64,000 nt of DNA from an uncultured Poribacteria bacterium (GTDB lineage Bacteria > Poribacteria > WGA-4E > WGA-3G). The stretch spans positions 2,752,001 through 2,816,000 of the forward strand of contig CATQHZ020000001.1 of assembly GCA_958296135.2 (NCBI GenBank), written 5' to 3'. The position numbers were made by a program, and so were the translations under genes. Below, piece after piece: positions 48,242 through 58,930 of this stretch. Each line of letters starts with the position of its first letter. The first letter of the stretch is position 1. The notes beneath the pieces are model-generated. The model saw only the letters and a program-made list of their open reading frames with translations. It ran no database searches and was not told where the DNA came from.

Positions 48242-49466
48242 CCCTTTATCGATAGCAGCGCGAAGGAACAGCCCTTTCCGAGCCTGGAGAAGCCCTTGGA
48301 CAGACTGCAGATGTTCTACTAACCCATCATGCAGTCGGATCTGATGCCACGTGAGCGGCTTTGCGGTGTGCCGCTGATACGGAAGCAGGATCCACTTGCA
48401 GGGAGAAGGGGGCTTTTGCCCCAGTTCTCCTTTGTTGCCAGCGGATATAGAAATTCTTCGGGGAGATGTGCAGGTGGACACTCAAAAACGAATGCACTCT
48501 TCGCACCGCAGGTATTGATTCCCTGCCGCGGTGTCTGCACTGCCGACAGCCGAATGTCAAGCGTTTCACCCATCTTTATTTCGTCAAGGGTTCGCACAAC
48601 ACGCCACGGATCATCGCGGTTTTTGAGGGGCACTGCTTTTTGCTCACGCCATGTCGCGCGATTTGCAAAAAACTGGCGAGACCGGGAGGACTCTCCTACT
48701 GGGGCATCGCGATGCTCTTTAAAATAGGTGACTGGGAAACGCTGTTCGGTATCTCCCCGAAACCTTGCACATCCATATGCCGTGCTGACACCTTCAAACA
48801 CTTTCGTCGTCGTAAATTCATAGACGGGGCCTACGGCAAAATGCCGCTGATTCGCGCGATAATTTCTAAATCCGCTATGCGCGCCATCGCCAAAAAAGAG
48901 GGAGAGCGGCAGATAAAAATACCCGCAACCGTGCGTTTCCAGCAGCTTTCCCAACACCACTTTTAGTACCAAGGCGGCAATATCAATACGGGAACTGCCG
49001 AGGAGCATCTTTCGTGTATCTGGGACTAGGCCTTCGGCAAGGAAAAAAGTTTGAGGCGCGCCTTGTAATCCACAGGCAAATCGGCGAAATTTGCCCACGG
49101 CGGATTACCGAGGAGAATGTCGTAGGTTCGCGCGTGCCTCTCCATGATAATATCTTGGCAAAACAGTTGCGAAGCAGGGAAATCAACCCCAAAATCTCGC
49201 TTGACGTTTTCGCGAAACCGTGCAAGATGCGCGGGAACTATCTCAATGAGGGTGAGGCGCGACAACAATTCAGGGGTAATAGGGATGCCCCTGCGCTGTG
49301 CAATCTGCAGCAGTGCTAGCGCGAACACTCCCTGTCCGGCCGTCGGTTCGCAGATGTGCGCGCCATCAAGCCACGCGTCAAAAATGCCCCACGTGTTGAT
49401 GAGCCATTTCGCCCATTTTAACGGGGTAAAAAATTGGGCAATCCGCATAAGATTTCACAACGGGAT

Positions 49467-50039
49467 TTACACGGATGCCATTGCAACCGTGTGCGTGTGT
49501 CGCTGTTTCAGTTTGCGATAGTTCCCGAAAATGTCCCGGAAATTTCGCTTGATAAATTTACGAATCCCCGAAATAGTGACGACATAAAATCGCCCGCCCG
49601 GTCTCAAACGCGCTTTCGCATCAGTGAGAAAAATGTGGAAGAGCTCCTTACCGACATTGGCAGGCAAATTGGAGGCAATCACATCAAATCGGACATCGGG
49701 AAGGTGGTTAAACCCGTTGCTCAAAAGGACATGACAGTTCTGAAGTCCGTTTTGCTTCACATTCCTACGCGCGTAGTCTACCGCGACGAAATCTTTGTCT
49801 ACCATATAAACACTCGTTGTCCGCGCGCACTTCGCCATCGCCACACCGATGGCACCGTAGCCGCAGCCCAAATCGAGGCAGGTATCGCCTTCGCGGATGT
49901 CTAATTCCTCAATGAGCAGGCGCGTGCCAGCGTCAATTGCCTTTGGCGAGAAAAGTCCCCACGTTGCGGAAAAACGCATCGGAATGCCGCGCAATTCGGT
50001 ATCAAAGGTAATCTCTCGTGCTGGTGTCTCTATTGCCAT
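49467..50039 (-). CDS. class I SAM-dependent methyltransferase (RsmC/MTS-like)
   Basis: GLFS...DAGTRLL, LDLGCGYG, SNLP. Confidence 0.85.
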   Translation of the reverse strand: MAIETPAREITFDTELRGIPMRFSATWGLFSPKAIDAGTRLLIEELDIREGDTCLDLGCGYGAIGVAMAKCARTTSVYMVDKDFVAVDYARRNVKQNGLQNCHVLLSNGFNHLPDVRFDVIASNLPANVGKELFHIFLTDAKARLRPGGRFYVVTISGIRKFIKRNFRDIFGNYRKLKQRHTHTVAMASV

Positions 50040-51001
50040 TTGATAAGAACCCCGAGCGCGTCACCGGGGGAGTTCCAGAGCAGATCGAACGCCGCTTTCG
50101 CCTCGGTGTAGTGAAACCGATGCGTAATCATCTCAGCGGCACGGATGTCCCCATTCTGGATTTTTCGCAAGGCGCGCGCCGCAATCTGTGAACGCGGTGC
50201 CTCTGTCAAGATACCGGCGACAAGACGTTTGCTCATCATTTTCGACGAATCTAACGGGAGCGGCTCCTGCTGATAAAGCGCGATGAGTTGAAGAGTTCCC
50301 ATCCGGCGCGTCATCTCTTGTGCCTGCGCGAACGATTTGACACCCGCATAACCACCGACGCAGTCTATCACCAGGTCTGCGCCTTTGCCATCGGTAAGGC
50401 GATGCACCGCTTGAACCGGGTCCTCCGTTGTAGCATTAACGGCAGTATCTGCGCCGAGTTTGCTGGACATCTCACAGCGGAACGGGAGCGCGTCCACGGT
50501 GATGATGCGCGCCGGATGATAGCCTCGCATTACCTGCATCATCAGGCTGCCGACTAAGCCTTGTCCCAAAACGATGACGGTATCGCCTGCCTTCACACCG
50601 GACGAATCTGCCCAAGCCACCGCACTTGTTGCAAGTGGTAGAAACGTGCCTTCTTCAAATGAGACATCATCGAAGATATGGGCGACGCGGCCATCGGTAT
50701 CATTCGGTTCTGCGATGACATATTGCGCGTGCGGTGCTACAACCATGACGCGCGCACCGACGTGATAGCCTGTTACCTCGGCACCGATTTCGTCCACCGT
50801 CCCTGTGAGGGAATAACCCATGATTGAGGGAGAGACAGCCTCCTCGCGGATGTATCGCCGAAATAGTTCGGAGCCGCGGCTAATTAACGTCGTATCGGTT
50901 TTGACACGGATCTGGTTTGCAGTTATCGTCGGTATCGGCACTTCTTCAAGTTGGATGTTGCCGAATCCTTCCGGTTTTGTTACGCGAATCATCAGTGCCA
51001 T
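50030..51001 (-). CDS. zinc-binding dehydrogenase (MDR superfamily)
   Basis: ISRGSE, GYS..G.V, GQGLVG, THRF. Confidence 0.85.
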   Translation of the reverse strand: MALMIRVTKPEGFGNIQLEEVPIPTITANQIRVKTDTTLISRGSELFRRYIREEAVSPSIMGYSLTGTVDEIGAEVTGYHVGARVMVVAPHAQYVIAEPNDTDGRVAHIFDDVSFEEGTFLPLATSAVAWADSSGVKAGDTVIVLGQGLVGSLMMQVMRGYHPARIITVDALPFRCEMSSKLGADTAVNATTEDPVQAVHRLTDGKGADLVIDCVGGYAGVKSFAQAQEMTRRMGTLQLIALYQQEPLPLDSSKMMSKRLVAGILTEAPRSQIAARALRKIQNGDIRAAEMITHRFHYTEAKAAFDLLWNSPGDALGVLIKWQ

Positions 51002-51139
51002 TTTCTAGTCCCCAATTCATATAGCACGTAGCGCGGGGGCCTGTCTCCCGCGCGCCGGGGCCCTGCGCGGAACAGGACTCGCGCCACGGGCATGCGGAAC
51101 GGTTGGGAAAACACCCCGGTTTCATGCTCATCTTGTTAA

Positions 51140-52495
51140 TCACCGTTGCAACCGCTCAACTAACTCCTCGCGCGTGACAGGTTCATCAAACGCCATCAGG
51201 TAGATGTGAAACGTATCGCTCCTATCGGAAACGAAAGCGAGATGCCGGCCGTCAGGAGAGAAAGCCGGATGGATAGACACGCCGATGTCGCCAGTTATCC
51301 GTCGTGGATTCTTCCCATCGGCATCGATGAGATAAATCTCCATGTCGCCATCCCGCGCCGAGACATACGCAATCGTCTTGCCATCGGGAGAGACGGTGGG
51401 ATTATAGCAATCGTAACGGTTCGGGTTGAAATGCTGCTCGTTTTTCCCATCAATGTCTATCGTGTAGAGTTGATTCACCTCATTCCTTGAGGAGACGAAG
51501 ATAATCCGCTGTCCATCGGGAAAGAAGGCTGGACTTCCGTCGTCTGTTTCGTTGAAAGTGATGCGCTTCGGCTGAATTTTATCAGGCGTAACTTGCCCCA
51601 GGTCAAGCCCCTCCAATTCAAGCAGATATAACTCAAGGTTGCCATCGGCGTTCGATTCGTAAACTACCTGATTGGCGGTAGGCGACGTGCGCGGCACGCG
51701 CGCACCGAAACTCACCGGCAAAACGACACGCGTCATCTTACTATGGATGTGTGTCACGTTAAAAGCGGAATAAATCGGCGTTGAGCCGCTGCTCTGGATG
51801 ACAATCTTCACCTCACGTGAAGACTTCGGCTCACTACTATAGAAGATATAGTTGGGTGTCTTCAAAAACGCCGGCGAACTATCGTTAAAATCGGTTGTAA
51901 ATGTGACTCGTTTTCGGATGCGCCCGTTTAAATCCATCAGATAGATTTCGCCGTTGTCCAATCTGAACGATGCAAAGGCAATCTGCGTACCATCCGGCGA
52001 GAAGGTAGGCGAATAGTTATCGGAATCGCCGTGCGTCAACTGTTTCGTCTTGTAGTTATCCCCCACCAACGCCGTAATCTCGCGCAAGACAGCCGCATCC
52101 GACGTGCCGTGTAGAACAAGCCGGAGCACACGAAAGGCGGAGTCTCTGTCGCCGAATTTGAGGTAGGTGCGTGCCAAGCTTAAGCGCGCTTCCACCCGTT
52201 CCGCCGGTCGCGCCGCATAGAGTTGTGAGGCCAGGAGGAACTGCTCCAGCGCGTCGTTGTAGCGTCCGAGTGCGTCATACGCCTCGCCAAGCAACATGCG
52301 TGCCTTCGGATGTTCCGGTTTGTTCTCAATAAACGCCTCAAGCTGCTCAGCGGCATCCTGCGGCATCCCGATTTGCAGGAGTTTCTCTGCCTCTCCGAGA
52401 TGCCTATCTTCCATGCCTTGGCATCCGAACGCGAAGACAGCCAGGATAAGCAAAAATTTCTGTATTCCTTTACGGAGCCGTGTGGGGGTTCTCAC
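51140..52495 (-). CDS. TPR and TolB-like PD40 repeat lipoprotein
   Basis: FAFGC lipobox, TPR helices, repeated P.FSPDG..IAF motifs; start uncertain. Confidence 0.85.
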   Translation of the reverse strand: MRTPTRLRKGIQKFLLILAVFAFGCQGMEDRHLGEAEKLLQIGMPQDAAEQLEAFIENKPEHPKARMLLGEAYDALGRYNDALEQFLLASQLYAARPAERVEARLSLARTYLKFGDRDSAFRVLRLVLHGTSDAAVLREITALVGDNYKTKQLTHGDSDNYSPTFSPDGTQIAFASFRLDNGEIYLMDLNGRIRKRVTFTTDFNDSSPAFLKTPNYIFYSSEPKSSREVKIVIQSSGSTPIYSAFNVTHIHSKMTRVVLPVSFGARVPRTSPTANQVVYESNADGNLELYLLELEGLDLGQVTPDKIQPKRITFNETDDGSPAFFPDGQRIIFVSSRNEVNQLYTIDIDGKNEQHFNPNRYDCYNPTVSPDGKTIAYVSARDGDMEIYLIDADGKNPRRITGDIGVSIHPAFSPDGRHLAFVSDRSDTFHIYLMAFDEPVTREELVERLQR

Positions 52496-52557
52496 GCCAT
52501 TTCCTCGTTGGGCAAATTTCGTCAGAGACTTCCGCCGAGATTCGCCACAAAAATCTT

Positions 52558-52983
52558 TCAATGCCGAACCGATACAGAAGCCCGGCGGCCGCGCCACCCA
52601 TCGATGACAGCATACAGCCAGCAGAGCCCTGCCTGAATGAGCGCGCTAATCTTCAACTTCCAAGAGGGCCGAAACATCAACTTTTCGCCATCGTCAAATG
52701 TCCAGAGGTGAATGGCATAGTCTGTGCCCTCTTCCTTTTCGGAATCAAGTTCGGAGGTGCCGCCTACGGGTGCCGGTTCAAACCGCAGCAAATCGCGCCA
52801 CTCCGCCACGGGTAGTGAATTGATATAGAACAGACCGGATGCCGAGATGAAAACGAAGAAGAGCACCGCGCCTTTCGCGAATTGGCCCAAGTAAAACTGC
52901 CCAATCCCTGGCAAAATCGCAGAGAGGCACATCGCGATGTAGGAACGCCCGCCTGAACGGGACATCGGTTTCGGGGCTGCCAT
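52558..52983 (-). CDS. hypothetical membrane protein
   Basis: LSAILPGIGQFYLGQ..KG motif. Confidence 0.75.
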   Translation of the reverse strand: MAAPKPMSRSGGRSYIAMCLSAILPGIGQFYLGQFAKGAVLFFVFISASGLFYINSLPVAEWRDLLRFEPAPVGGTSELDSEKEEGTDYAIHLWTFDDGEKLMFRPSWKLKISALIQAGLCWLYAVIDGWRGRRASVSVRH

Positions 52984-52989
52984 TTATCG

Positions 52990-53355
52990 CTACTCTCCTT
53001 GCGCTACGAGGTAAACGCCGATGCAGATGACCAGGGCACCAATCACGCGAACTCTGGGGATGGATTCTTTGAACAGCATCCACGAAAAAAGAATGGACAG
53101 CACATACCCGGCACTCAGCATCGGATAGGCGATGCTCAATTTGACACGCGAGAGAATTACCAGCCAGACAAGCGTCGTAAACCCATATATCGCAATGCCG
53201 CTGAGGATATAGGGGTTCAGAAACGCCTGCGTCAGTTTCGGGAGCGCGTTCCGCACATTGTCAATACGGCCAATCAGGTTCATCCCCTGTTTGAACAAGA
53301 TTTGCCCGATGACAGTCAATAAAACGTTAAAAAATAGGAGCAAAAAGTCTTTCAT
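52990..53355 (-). CDS. EamA/SMR-like small transporter (ArnF-like)
   Basis: GQILFK.G, WL..LSR..LS.AYP, LFKE; 4 TM. Confidence 0.85.
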   Translation of the reverse strand: MKDFLLLFFNVLLTVIGQILFKQGMNLIGRIDNVRNALPKLTQAFLNPYILSGIAIYGFTTLVWLVILSRVKLSIAYPMLSAGYVLSILFSWMLFKESIPRVRVIGALVICIGVYLVAQGE

Positions 53356-53361
53356 GAGAGT

Positions 53362-53390
53362 ATTGTATCATATTTCAACGATTTTTGCAA
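53362..53390 (-). promoter_or_regulatory. sigma70 promoter, probably giving a leaderless transcript
   Basis: TTGCAA-17bp-TACAAT, 6 nt before the ATG. Confidence 0.6.
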
Positions 53391-53526
53391 TTTTTTTGTT
53401 GTTGTTCAGGCCTATTTAGTTTTCGATTTCCGGTCTTGCCATGGTAAGGGCGGATTTCTATCTTCGCCCATGTTTTCGCGCAAGGGTTCAGCGGAGAACT
53501 GAAGGGTTCTGGCTGTTGTTGAGAAC

Positions 53527-55734
53527 CTACAGATTGTAGAGATACGTCACCTTCACCACAAGCACGCGATTATCCAACGCACCGCTGTGCCACGCTTCGT
53601 TATAGGCGACGAAGAAATGGCTCTTCGGACTGTATTCCCAACCGAACAAGAGGCTCAGCAGATAATTCTCACGGGGAACGGCGGAGAGAGGACGTTCGCG
53701 GCCGGCTTGCGCGAAGCCCCGCAGGAACGTCTCACGCGTAAACAAGTAGGTGGCGCGCAAGGAACTGACGAAAAATCTACCATCAATCGCGCCTTCCAAG
53801 TCAAGACTCTGCGCATAACTGCTGTCTAATTCTACCGAGAAATTGCTGCGAGGACGAAGGGTTGTCTCAAGGATAATCCCCCGCTGTTTGCCCGCCTGCT
53901 GGCGCGTGAAGTTAAAATAGTCGGAGAACGTCATTCCCATCCCAACTTCAACCGGCTTTGTGGCATTCGTATCAACAAAAAACCCATAGCCGTTCACTGT
54001 GAAAACCTCGGTGAGTTCAACCTCTCGGCTGCGGTAGTAATACGCCTTGATGTCATCAAAAAAATTCTCCCTGAACCCCAGACTCACATCAGCGCGGACG
54101 TACCACCGCAACACGTCTTCGTCAAACTCAGGCGAGATGGATAATTCAGGATTGCGCGATTGCCAGGTTGTAAAATATTCTGGATGATAGAGGCTTTGCG
54201 AGAGGCGCGTGCTGAGGCTCGCATAAATCTCCCGCGTCCCCCACTGCGGCGAATAGGAACTCCGCAGATAGATGCGCTGCCACCCGCGATGCCGCTCCTT
54301 GCGGAGAAACCCGGTCTGGTTGATGTCAAAATTCGGCGCGACGCGCTCCAGCCCCACAAGGCCGCTCCAGAGATAATTCCGCTGCGCAAAATCCACGGTA
54401 TACGCAAAGTTGTCCGTATCCTCGCCCGGATGGAAACTGCCGGCATATTGCCCGGTAAGATGGTAGGTTTTACCGAGCGCGAGATTCATGTCAACGCCGC
54501 CGACGCGGCTGTGCGTATCCGCTTGCTCCTTGTTCGCTACCAAAATCCCGACGTTAGAACGTTTGAGGATGTCCCGTTTGAGCCGTATCGCCGAAAACCA
54601 TGCTGCCTCTGCCCCAGATTGTATGGACGAATCTGTTTCATTGAAAAGCCCGAATGCACCGGTTTGGTTTCCCAGAACGCCGATGGAATAATCGCCGACT
54701 TTGCCGGTAAGTTTGCCGCCCCACAAGATATTGCCGCGGCTACCGATGCGGCGACTAAACATCAAATGATAGGGTGTCTCAAAAAAACTGTTGCCCTCAA
54801 CAAAAAAGGGACGTTTTTCGGGAAACCGCGTCGGAAACCGGGTCAGGTTAATCTCCAGCTGGTCTGCCTCAACTTGTGCGAAGTCTGGATTCAGCGTCAC
54901 GTTCGCCTTCAGCGCACTAGTGAGATTGTATTGGATATCCACGCCAGTGCCGAGTTGCGCATCGACAGACGCACCTGATTCCCCGGAGCCACCGCCTAAC
55001 AAATAGGGAGAAATTTCAAAGTTTTTCCCAGTATCAATATCATAAATCCCCACCATGTGCCCGAGGTCGGACATCCGCGTGACAACACCGGCTTGCGTCA
55101 ACTGCTTCCACACCGTGACTTCGCTTTTCCGGCGGTTAACCCGCTCAACGTCAAAACCCCAAGTTTGCGTCGGTTTATCGGTAAATCGGAAGTTGGCGAA
55201 CGGAATCTTAAACTCCGCTGTCCAGCCAAGTTCATCAATGTGGCCCTCCACCCACCAGATGCCTTTCCAATTGCTATCGCGGCGCGTATCCTCGTAACGA
55301 TAGTTATCGCTCTGGATGCCGCCGGGAGTTGTGGCGAATTTGTAGCCGGTACGATGGTCATGGTGCGGGTCCAGAAAGAAAGAGATGACATCGGATTCGT
55401 AGACATCGCCGCGCCGCGTGATGCGGTTGATGACTTGCTCTGGTTCAGCATCGTAGCATCGGAAGGCGACATAGAGGTGATGCGCATCATAGGCGATGCG
55501 GAATGCGGTATCGGCGGTAGCAGATTCACCGCGCGCGGGTTCCAATTGAACGAAACCGCTGACAGGTTTAGCGTGTTGCCAAGCCGGATCGTCAAGTTTA
55601 CCGTCAATGCGCGGCGGTTCACCGGTAATGCGATAGGCCGCAACGACATGCTCGCCTGTGCCTTCCTGATGCGCACATAGGAGCATCGGACATAAAAGCG
55701 ATAGCAGTATGAAAATGGTTATGAGTTTTCGCAT
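53527..55734 (-). CDS. CBM9-like / DUF5916 domain outer membrane protein
   Basis: Signal peptide, IDGKLDD.AW, WTAEFKIPF, NPDFAQVEAD, PEKRPFFVEG, SRRIG. Confidence 0.85.
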   Translation of the reverse strand: MRKLITIFILLSLLCPMLLCAHQEGTGEHVVAAYRITGEPPRIDGKLDDPAWQHAKPVSGFVQLEPARGESATADTAFRIAYDAHHLYVAFRCYDAEPEQVINRITRRGDVYESDVISFFLDPHHDHRTGYKFATTPGGIQSDNYRYEDTRRDSNWKGIWWVEGHIDELGWTAEFKIPFANFRFTDKPTQTWGFDVERVNRRKSEVTVWKQLTQAGVVTRMSDLGHMVGIYDIDTGKNFEISPYLLGGGSGESGASVDAQLGTGVDIQYNLTSALKANVTLNPDFAQVEADQLEINLTRFPTRFPEKRPFFVEGNSFFETPYHLMFSRRIGSRGNILWGGKLTGKVGDYSIGVLGNQTGAFGLFNETDSSIQSGAEAAWFSAIRLKRDILKRSNVGILVANKEQADTHSRVGGVDMNLALGKTYHLTGQYAGSFHPGEDTDNFAYTVDFAQRNYLWSGLVGLERVAPNFDINQTGFLRKERHRGWQRIYLRSSYSPQWGTREIYASLSTRLSQSLYHPEYFTTWQSRNPELSISPEFDEDVLRWYVRADVSLGFRENFFDDIKAYYYRSREVELTEVFTVNGYGFFVDTNATKPVEVGMGMTFSDYFNFTRQQAGKQRGIILETTLRPRSNFSVELDSSYAQSLDLEGAIDGRFFVSSLRATYLFTRETFLRGFAQAGRERPLSAVPRENYLLSLLFGWEYSPKSHFFVAYNEAWHSGALDNRVLVVKVTYLYNL

Positions 55735-55895
55735 GCAGTTAATGATAATTGAGATTGGGTTTGGGGTCAAGTTCTTTGTTTTCAAGCCTCGTTCTCGCGA
55801 TGGTTCAGGGCAGATTACGGTTCAGTAGCGTCCTATATTTTTCTTGCTTTTTGTTAAAAAAAACGTTAAACTCATATCGCAAAAGGAGCAGAATC

Positions 55896-56684
55896 ATGAT
55901 TGAACTCACACGCGAAGAGATTGAATTTTTCAGAGATAACGGCTACCTGGTCAAACGAAACGTCCTTGACCCGGGGCTCATGGAACGCGCGCGGACGCGC
56001 CTCTGGGAGGGCGCGCCGGAAGGCCGTACTCGCGAAAATCCTGAAACATGGAGAGGCCCCTTCGCGCCGGAAGAAGAGAACGATGCATCGGAAAATAGAC
56101 GGAAGGGCTTCCGCTGGAACTTCCGGGAACCAGGCGGCGAAGCGTGGATGGTGCGCCTCCTCGCCACCGATGCGAACGTCTGGCGGATGGCAGAGCAGTT
56201 TTTAGGTGAGGGGAATCTGGTGCAACCCGAGCGCGTGCGCGGTATCTACTGCACACTGCCATACGGCGATGTCCCGAAGAAATCGATCGGGTGTCATGTT
56301 GACGCGCACCCCTTTCACCTCGGCGTTGTCGGCTATATTGACGCTGTACCACCGGAGGGCGGCGGGTTCACCGTCTGGCCTGGCAGCCACCGCACGTTCT
56401 ATTACGATTATTATTCGCAGTATAAGAACGAGCCGAAACCAGAATATGACACTGACCGGGAGCGTATCAGCAGAGAACCGGGCGTTGATTGCTATGGCAA
56501 CGCGGGCGATATTGTGTTCTGGCATCACCGCATCGGGCATGCTGCTGGACATAACTACTCCCGGCAGATTCGGCAGGCGGTGCTCTACGATTTCCGGAAG
56601 ACAGAGTTGGCACAGACGCAGGAGGAACCACCGAACGAAGATATGTGGCGTGATTGGCCGGGCATTAAGGCGTTAGGGTTGTAG
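55896..56684 (+). CDS. phytanoyl-CoA dioxygenase family protein
   Basis: F..NGYLV, HVD, GGFTVWPGSH, GDIVFWH...H. Confidence 0.85.
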   Translation: MIELTREEIEFFRDNGYLVKRNVLDPGLMERARTRLWEGAPEGRTRENPETWRGPFAPEEENDASENRRKGFRWNFREPGGEAWMVRLLATDANVWRMAEQFLGEGNLVQPERVRGIYCTLPYGDVPKKSIGCHVDAHPFHLGVVGYIDAVPPEGGGFTVWPGSHRTFYYDYYSQYKNEPKPEYDTDRERISREPGVDCYGNAGDIVFWHHRIGHAAGHNYSRQIRQAVLYDFRKTELAQTQEEPPNEDMWRDWPGIKALGL

Positions 56685-56720
56685 ACGCGGCAGCACGTAT
56701 TGAGTCTCATCGCACCTCCG

Positions 56721-56747
56721 GTAGGCGCGCTTTGAAAGCGCGCCTAC
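56721..56747. repeat. GTAGGCGCG-type REP palindrome
   Basis: GTAGGCGCGCTTTGAAAGCGCGCCTAC; relatives at ~12240, 14096, 46374, 63583 and 63642. Confidence 0.8.
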
Positions 56748-56757
56748 CAACGCCTTT

Positions 56758-57579
56758 TCATCGCAGCCCCAATTCCTGCAATGTCCCCGCCATCATCTCG
56801 TAAGCGATGCGCGCCTTCTCCATTCGCATGTGCGGGAAAGTCTCCACCGAAATGTATTTATCGTAGCCCACCCTACCCAAACTCTCGGCAAAGGTGCGGA
56901 AATCCAACTCGTCACCCGCCTCGCCGGGGATGAGGAAGGCGCTATAAGGATACATCCCCGTCACGCCTTTGACATGGCAGTGCGCCGTGAGCGAGCCCAG
57001 TTTCTCAGTCACCTCCGCAATGTCCTCGCCGAGGTGATAGAAATTGGTGATGTCGTTGAGTGCCTTCAAGGCATCAGACGCGACATGCTCAATGAGCAAG
57101 GTAACTTTGGAGGAAGCATCGATTGTCGTTGCCTCGTGGTTGTGGATGTGCATCGTGATGCCGAGTTCCTCGGCGCGGCGGCAGATCGGCTTCAGCACGT
57201 CAACGAGCAGCCGCCATGCAAACGCGTCACCTTTATCGCCGCCGTAACCGGTGAGGAAATTAACGCCGTGCGCCCCCAAAGCCACTGCTACATCTTGGAG
57301 CAAAGCATAATGGTCTGTCGCGTTTTGCTTATCCTCCAATGCAAGTTGATACAAGCCTTTCCCTGTAAACGGATTAATGACAGAAACCTTTAATCCGTGG
57401 TCTTCCGTCATCGCCTTCACTGTTTTGAGCAGCTCGCCGCTCACTTTTCCAGACAGAATGTGTGCTTCGGGGCCGCACATCATTTCAATCGCATCGTAGC
57501 CGACTTCGGCGAGGATGCCGATAACTTGTCTAAGCGGCAGGTCTTTCATCCCGCCTGCATGGTAAGAGATACCTATCAT
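56758..57579 (-). CDS. sugar phosphate isomerase/epimerase family protein
   Basis: GYDAIEM, HNHE, D.TN, HCHVKG, ISVE. Confidence 0.85.
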   Translation of the reverse strand: MIGISYHAGGMKDLPLRQVIGILAEVGYDAIEMMCGPEAHILSGKVSGELLKTVKAMTEDHGLKVSVINPFTGKGLYQLALEDKQNATDHYALLQDVAVALGAHGVNFLTGYGGDKGDAFAWRLLVDVLKPICRRAEELGITMHIHNHEATTIDASSKVTLLIEHVASDALKALNDITNFYHLGEDIAEVTEKLGSLTAHCHVKGVTGMYPYSAFLIPGEAGDELDFRTFAESLGRVGYDKYISVETFPHMRMEKARIAYEMMAGTLQELGLR

Positions 57580-57885
57580 TTGGCAGAACCTCCTTCGTGA
57601 ATCGCCGAGCGAACGGATAGTATTAGATGTCGATCGTGCGTTTCCAACCGATAGAGCCGTGAAAGCACAATGTGACTTTATCCTCTTTTACGTTGACACA
57701 GACCGGGAATGTCTCGTTATCGTCCCAATGGAACTCAAGTTCAGGCAGCGCGATGCAGTTATGAAGGCAATATAGCCGCCGCACTGAAGAAGTCACATTT
57801 TTGACGATACCCGCGCGAATCTTTCATCAGCGAATAGGACGAGGGACAGCCCTCGCCCTACAGAACACGCAACGGAATAGGAATC

Positions 57886-58824
57886 CTACACCGCCAACGC
57901 CGCAAACAATGCCTTGATATAACCAACCGAATATGCTAACCCGACATCTCCCTCCAATTTCGGGATGTGATCCGCGTTAATGCATCCGTCAAACCCGACT
58001 TTCTGTAACTCGCCGACGATTTTGAACATGTTCATATCGCCATCGTCAAGGAGGACCTCCTCGAAAGCACCCGCTGTCGCGAGACTGCCGCGCACGTTCC
58101 GCAGATGAACCATAAAGATGCGGCCCTTGCGGCCATAGTTGTTGATTTCATCAAGCACGATAGCACTCCCACCGGCTTCCGCACGAGTGCCGCAGCAGTA
58201 AAGGTAACCCACATTTCTGCTCGGAAACGCGTCAATAACGCGATGAAAACCGAGGCTGCCCAGAGGCGTATCCGGGTTCGGCACATCTGATGGATGAATG
58301 GCGAGCTGGATACCGGATGCATCGGCAATTGGAACGAGGGCCCCATAAATCTCGCAGAAACGTTCCCACCACGCTTCAAGTTCTTCCATCGTTGGGGTGG
58401 GCGGCGGATTTTTTGTGGCGGCGCGACTTTCGCCACGGGAAGTATAGCCGCCTCTATGCACGGCGGAATAGCGCGTCATCAGGGAGTCAAACGTATCGCC
58501 CCAGAAACGTTGCCGCGCGATAGGCACACCGGCTTCAGCGAAAACACGGAGCGCGTTGCACGTATTCTCTAAATCTTTCTCACCACCGGGTTGTCCCTTC
58601 ATGAACTTCTCGGTGATATTCGGAAGCGTGACGCGGTTGATGTCCAAACCCCAAGAACGGATGCGCTGTTTAATCTTCAGGAGCTCATCCAAATCGGGGT
58701 AACCCTGTTCGTTCACGCCGGGGAAAGAGCCCCCGTTCCCGAAATCGATGCAATCGGCACCGAGTTGCGTGACCTGTCTCAGGTAGGCATCTGAAAGCCC
58801 ACCATCCCATACGGATATTTTCAT
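57886..58824 (-). CDS. uxuA: mannonate dehydratase-like protein
   Basis: LAIHPSD.P, YCCGT, VHLRNV.G, DDGDMNM, DHIP. Confidence 0.75.
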   Translation of the reverse strand: MKISVWDGGLSDAYLRQVTQLGADCIDFGNGGSFPGVNEQGYPDLDELLKIKQRIRSWGLDINRVTLPNITEKFMKGQPGGEKDLENTCNALRVFAEAGVPIARQRFWGDTFDSLMTRYSAVHRGGYTSRGESRAATKNPPPTPTMEELEAWWERFCEIYGALVPIADASGIQLAIHPSDVPNPDTPLGSLGFHRVIDAFPSRNVGYLYCCGTRAEAGGSAIVLDEINNYGRKGRIFMVHLRNVRGSLATAGAFEEVLLDDGDMNMFKIVGELQKVGFDGCINADHIPKLEGDVGLAYSVGYIKALFAALAV

Positions 58825-58930
58825 AGTTTTTTCCTCGTTAAAAAGCGGGGTTTGGGGATGTCTCAGCACAGCGAGGGGAACCCTCGGCGATTCGCGCTCG
58901 CCGGGCCCGCGCCCTCCGGTAAACGACGGT

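Larger units (their letters stand above)
46438..49448 (-). pseudogene. N6-adenine DNA methyltransferase interrupted by an IS and frameshifted
   Basis: QFFTP, EPTAGQG, GNPPW; frameshifts near 49043-49048 and 48408-48422; the frame DKG|CWWAVLG is rejoined across the IS. Confidence 0.8.

Noticed and set aside
57620-57800. 57-codon minus-strand ORF (VTSSVRRLYC...RTIDI)
   Set aside because: No clear RBS or recognisable motif; possibly a gene remnant.
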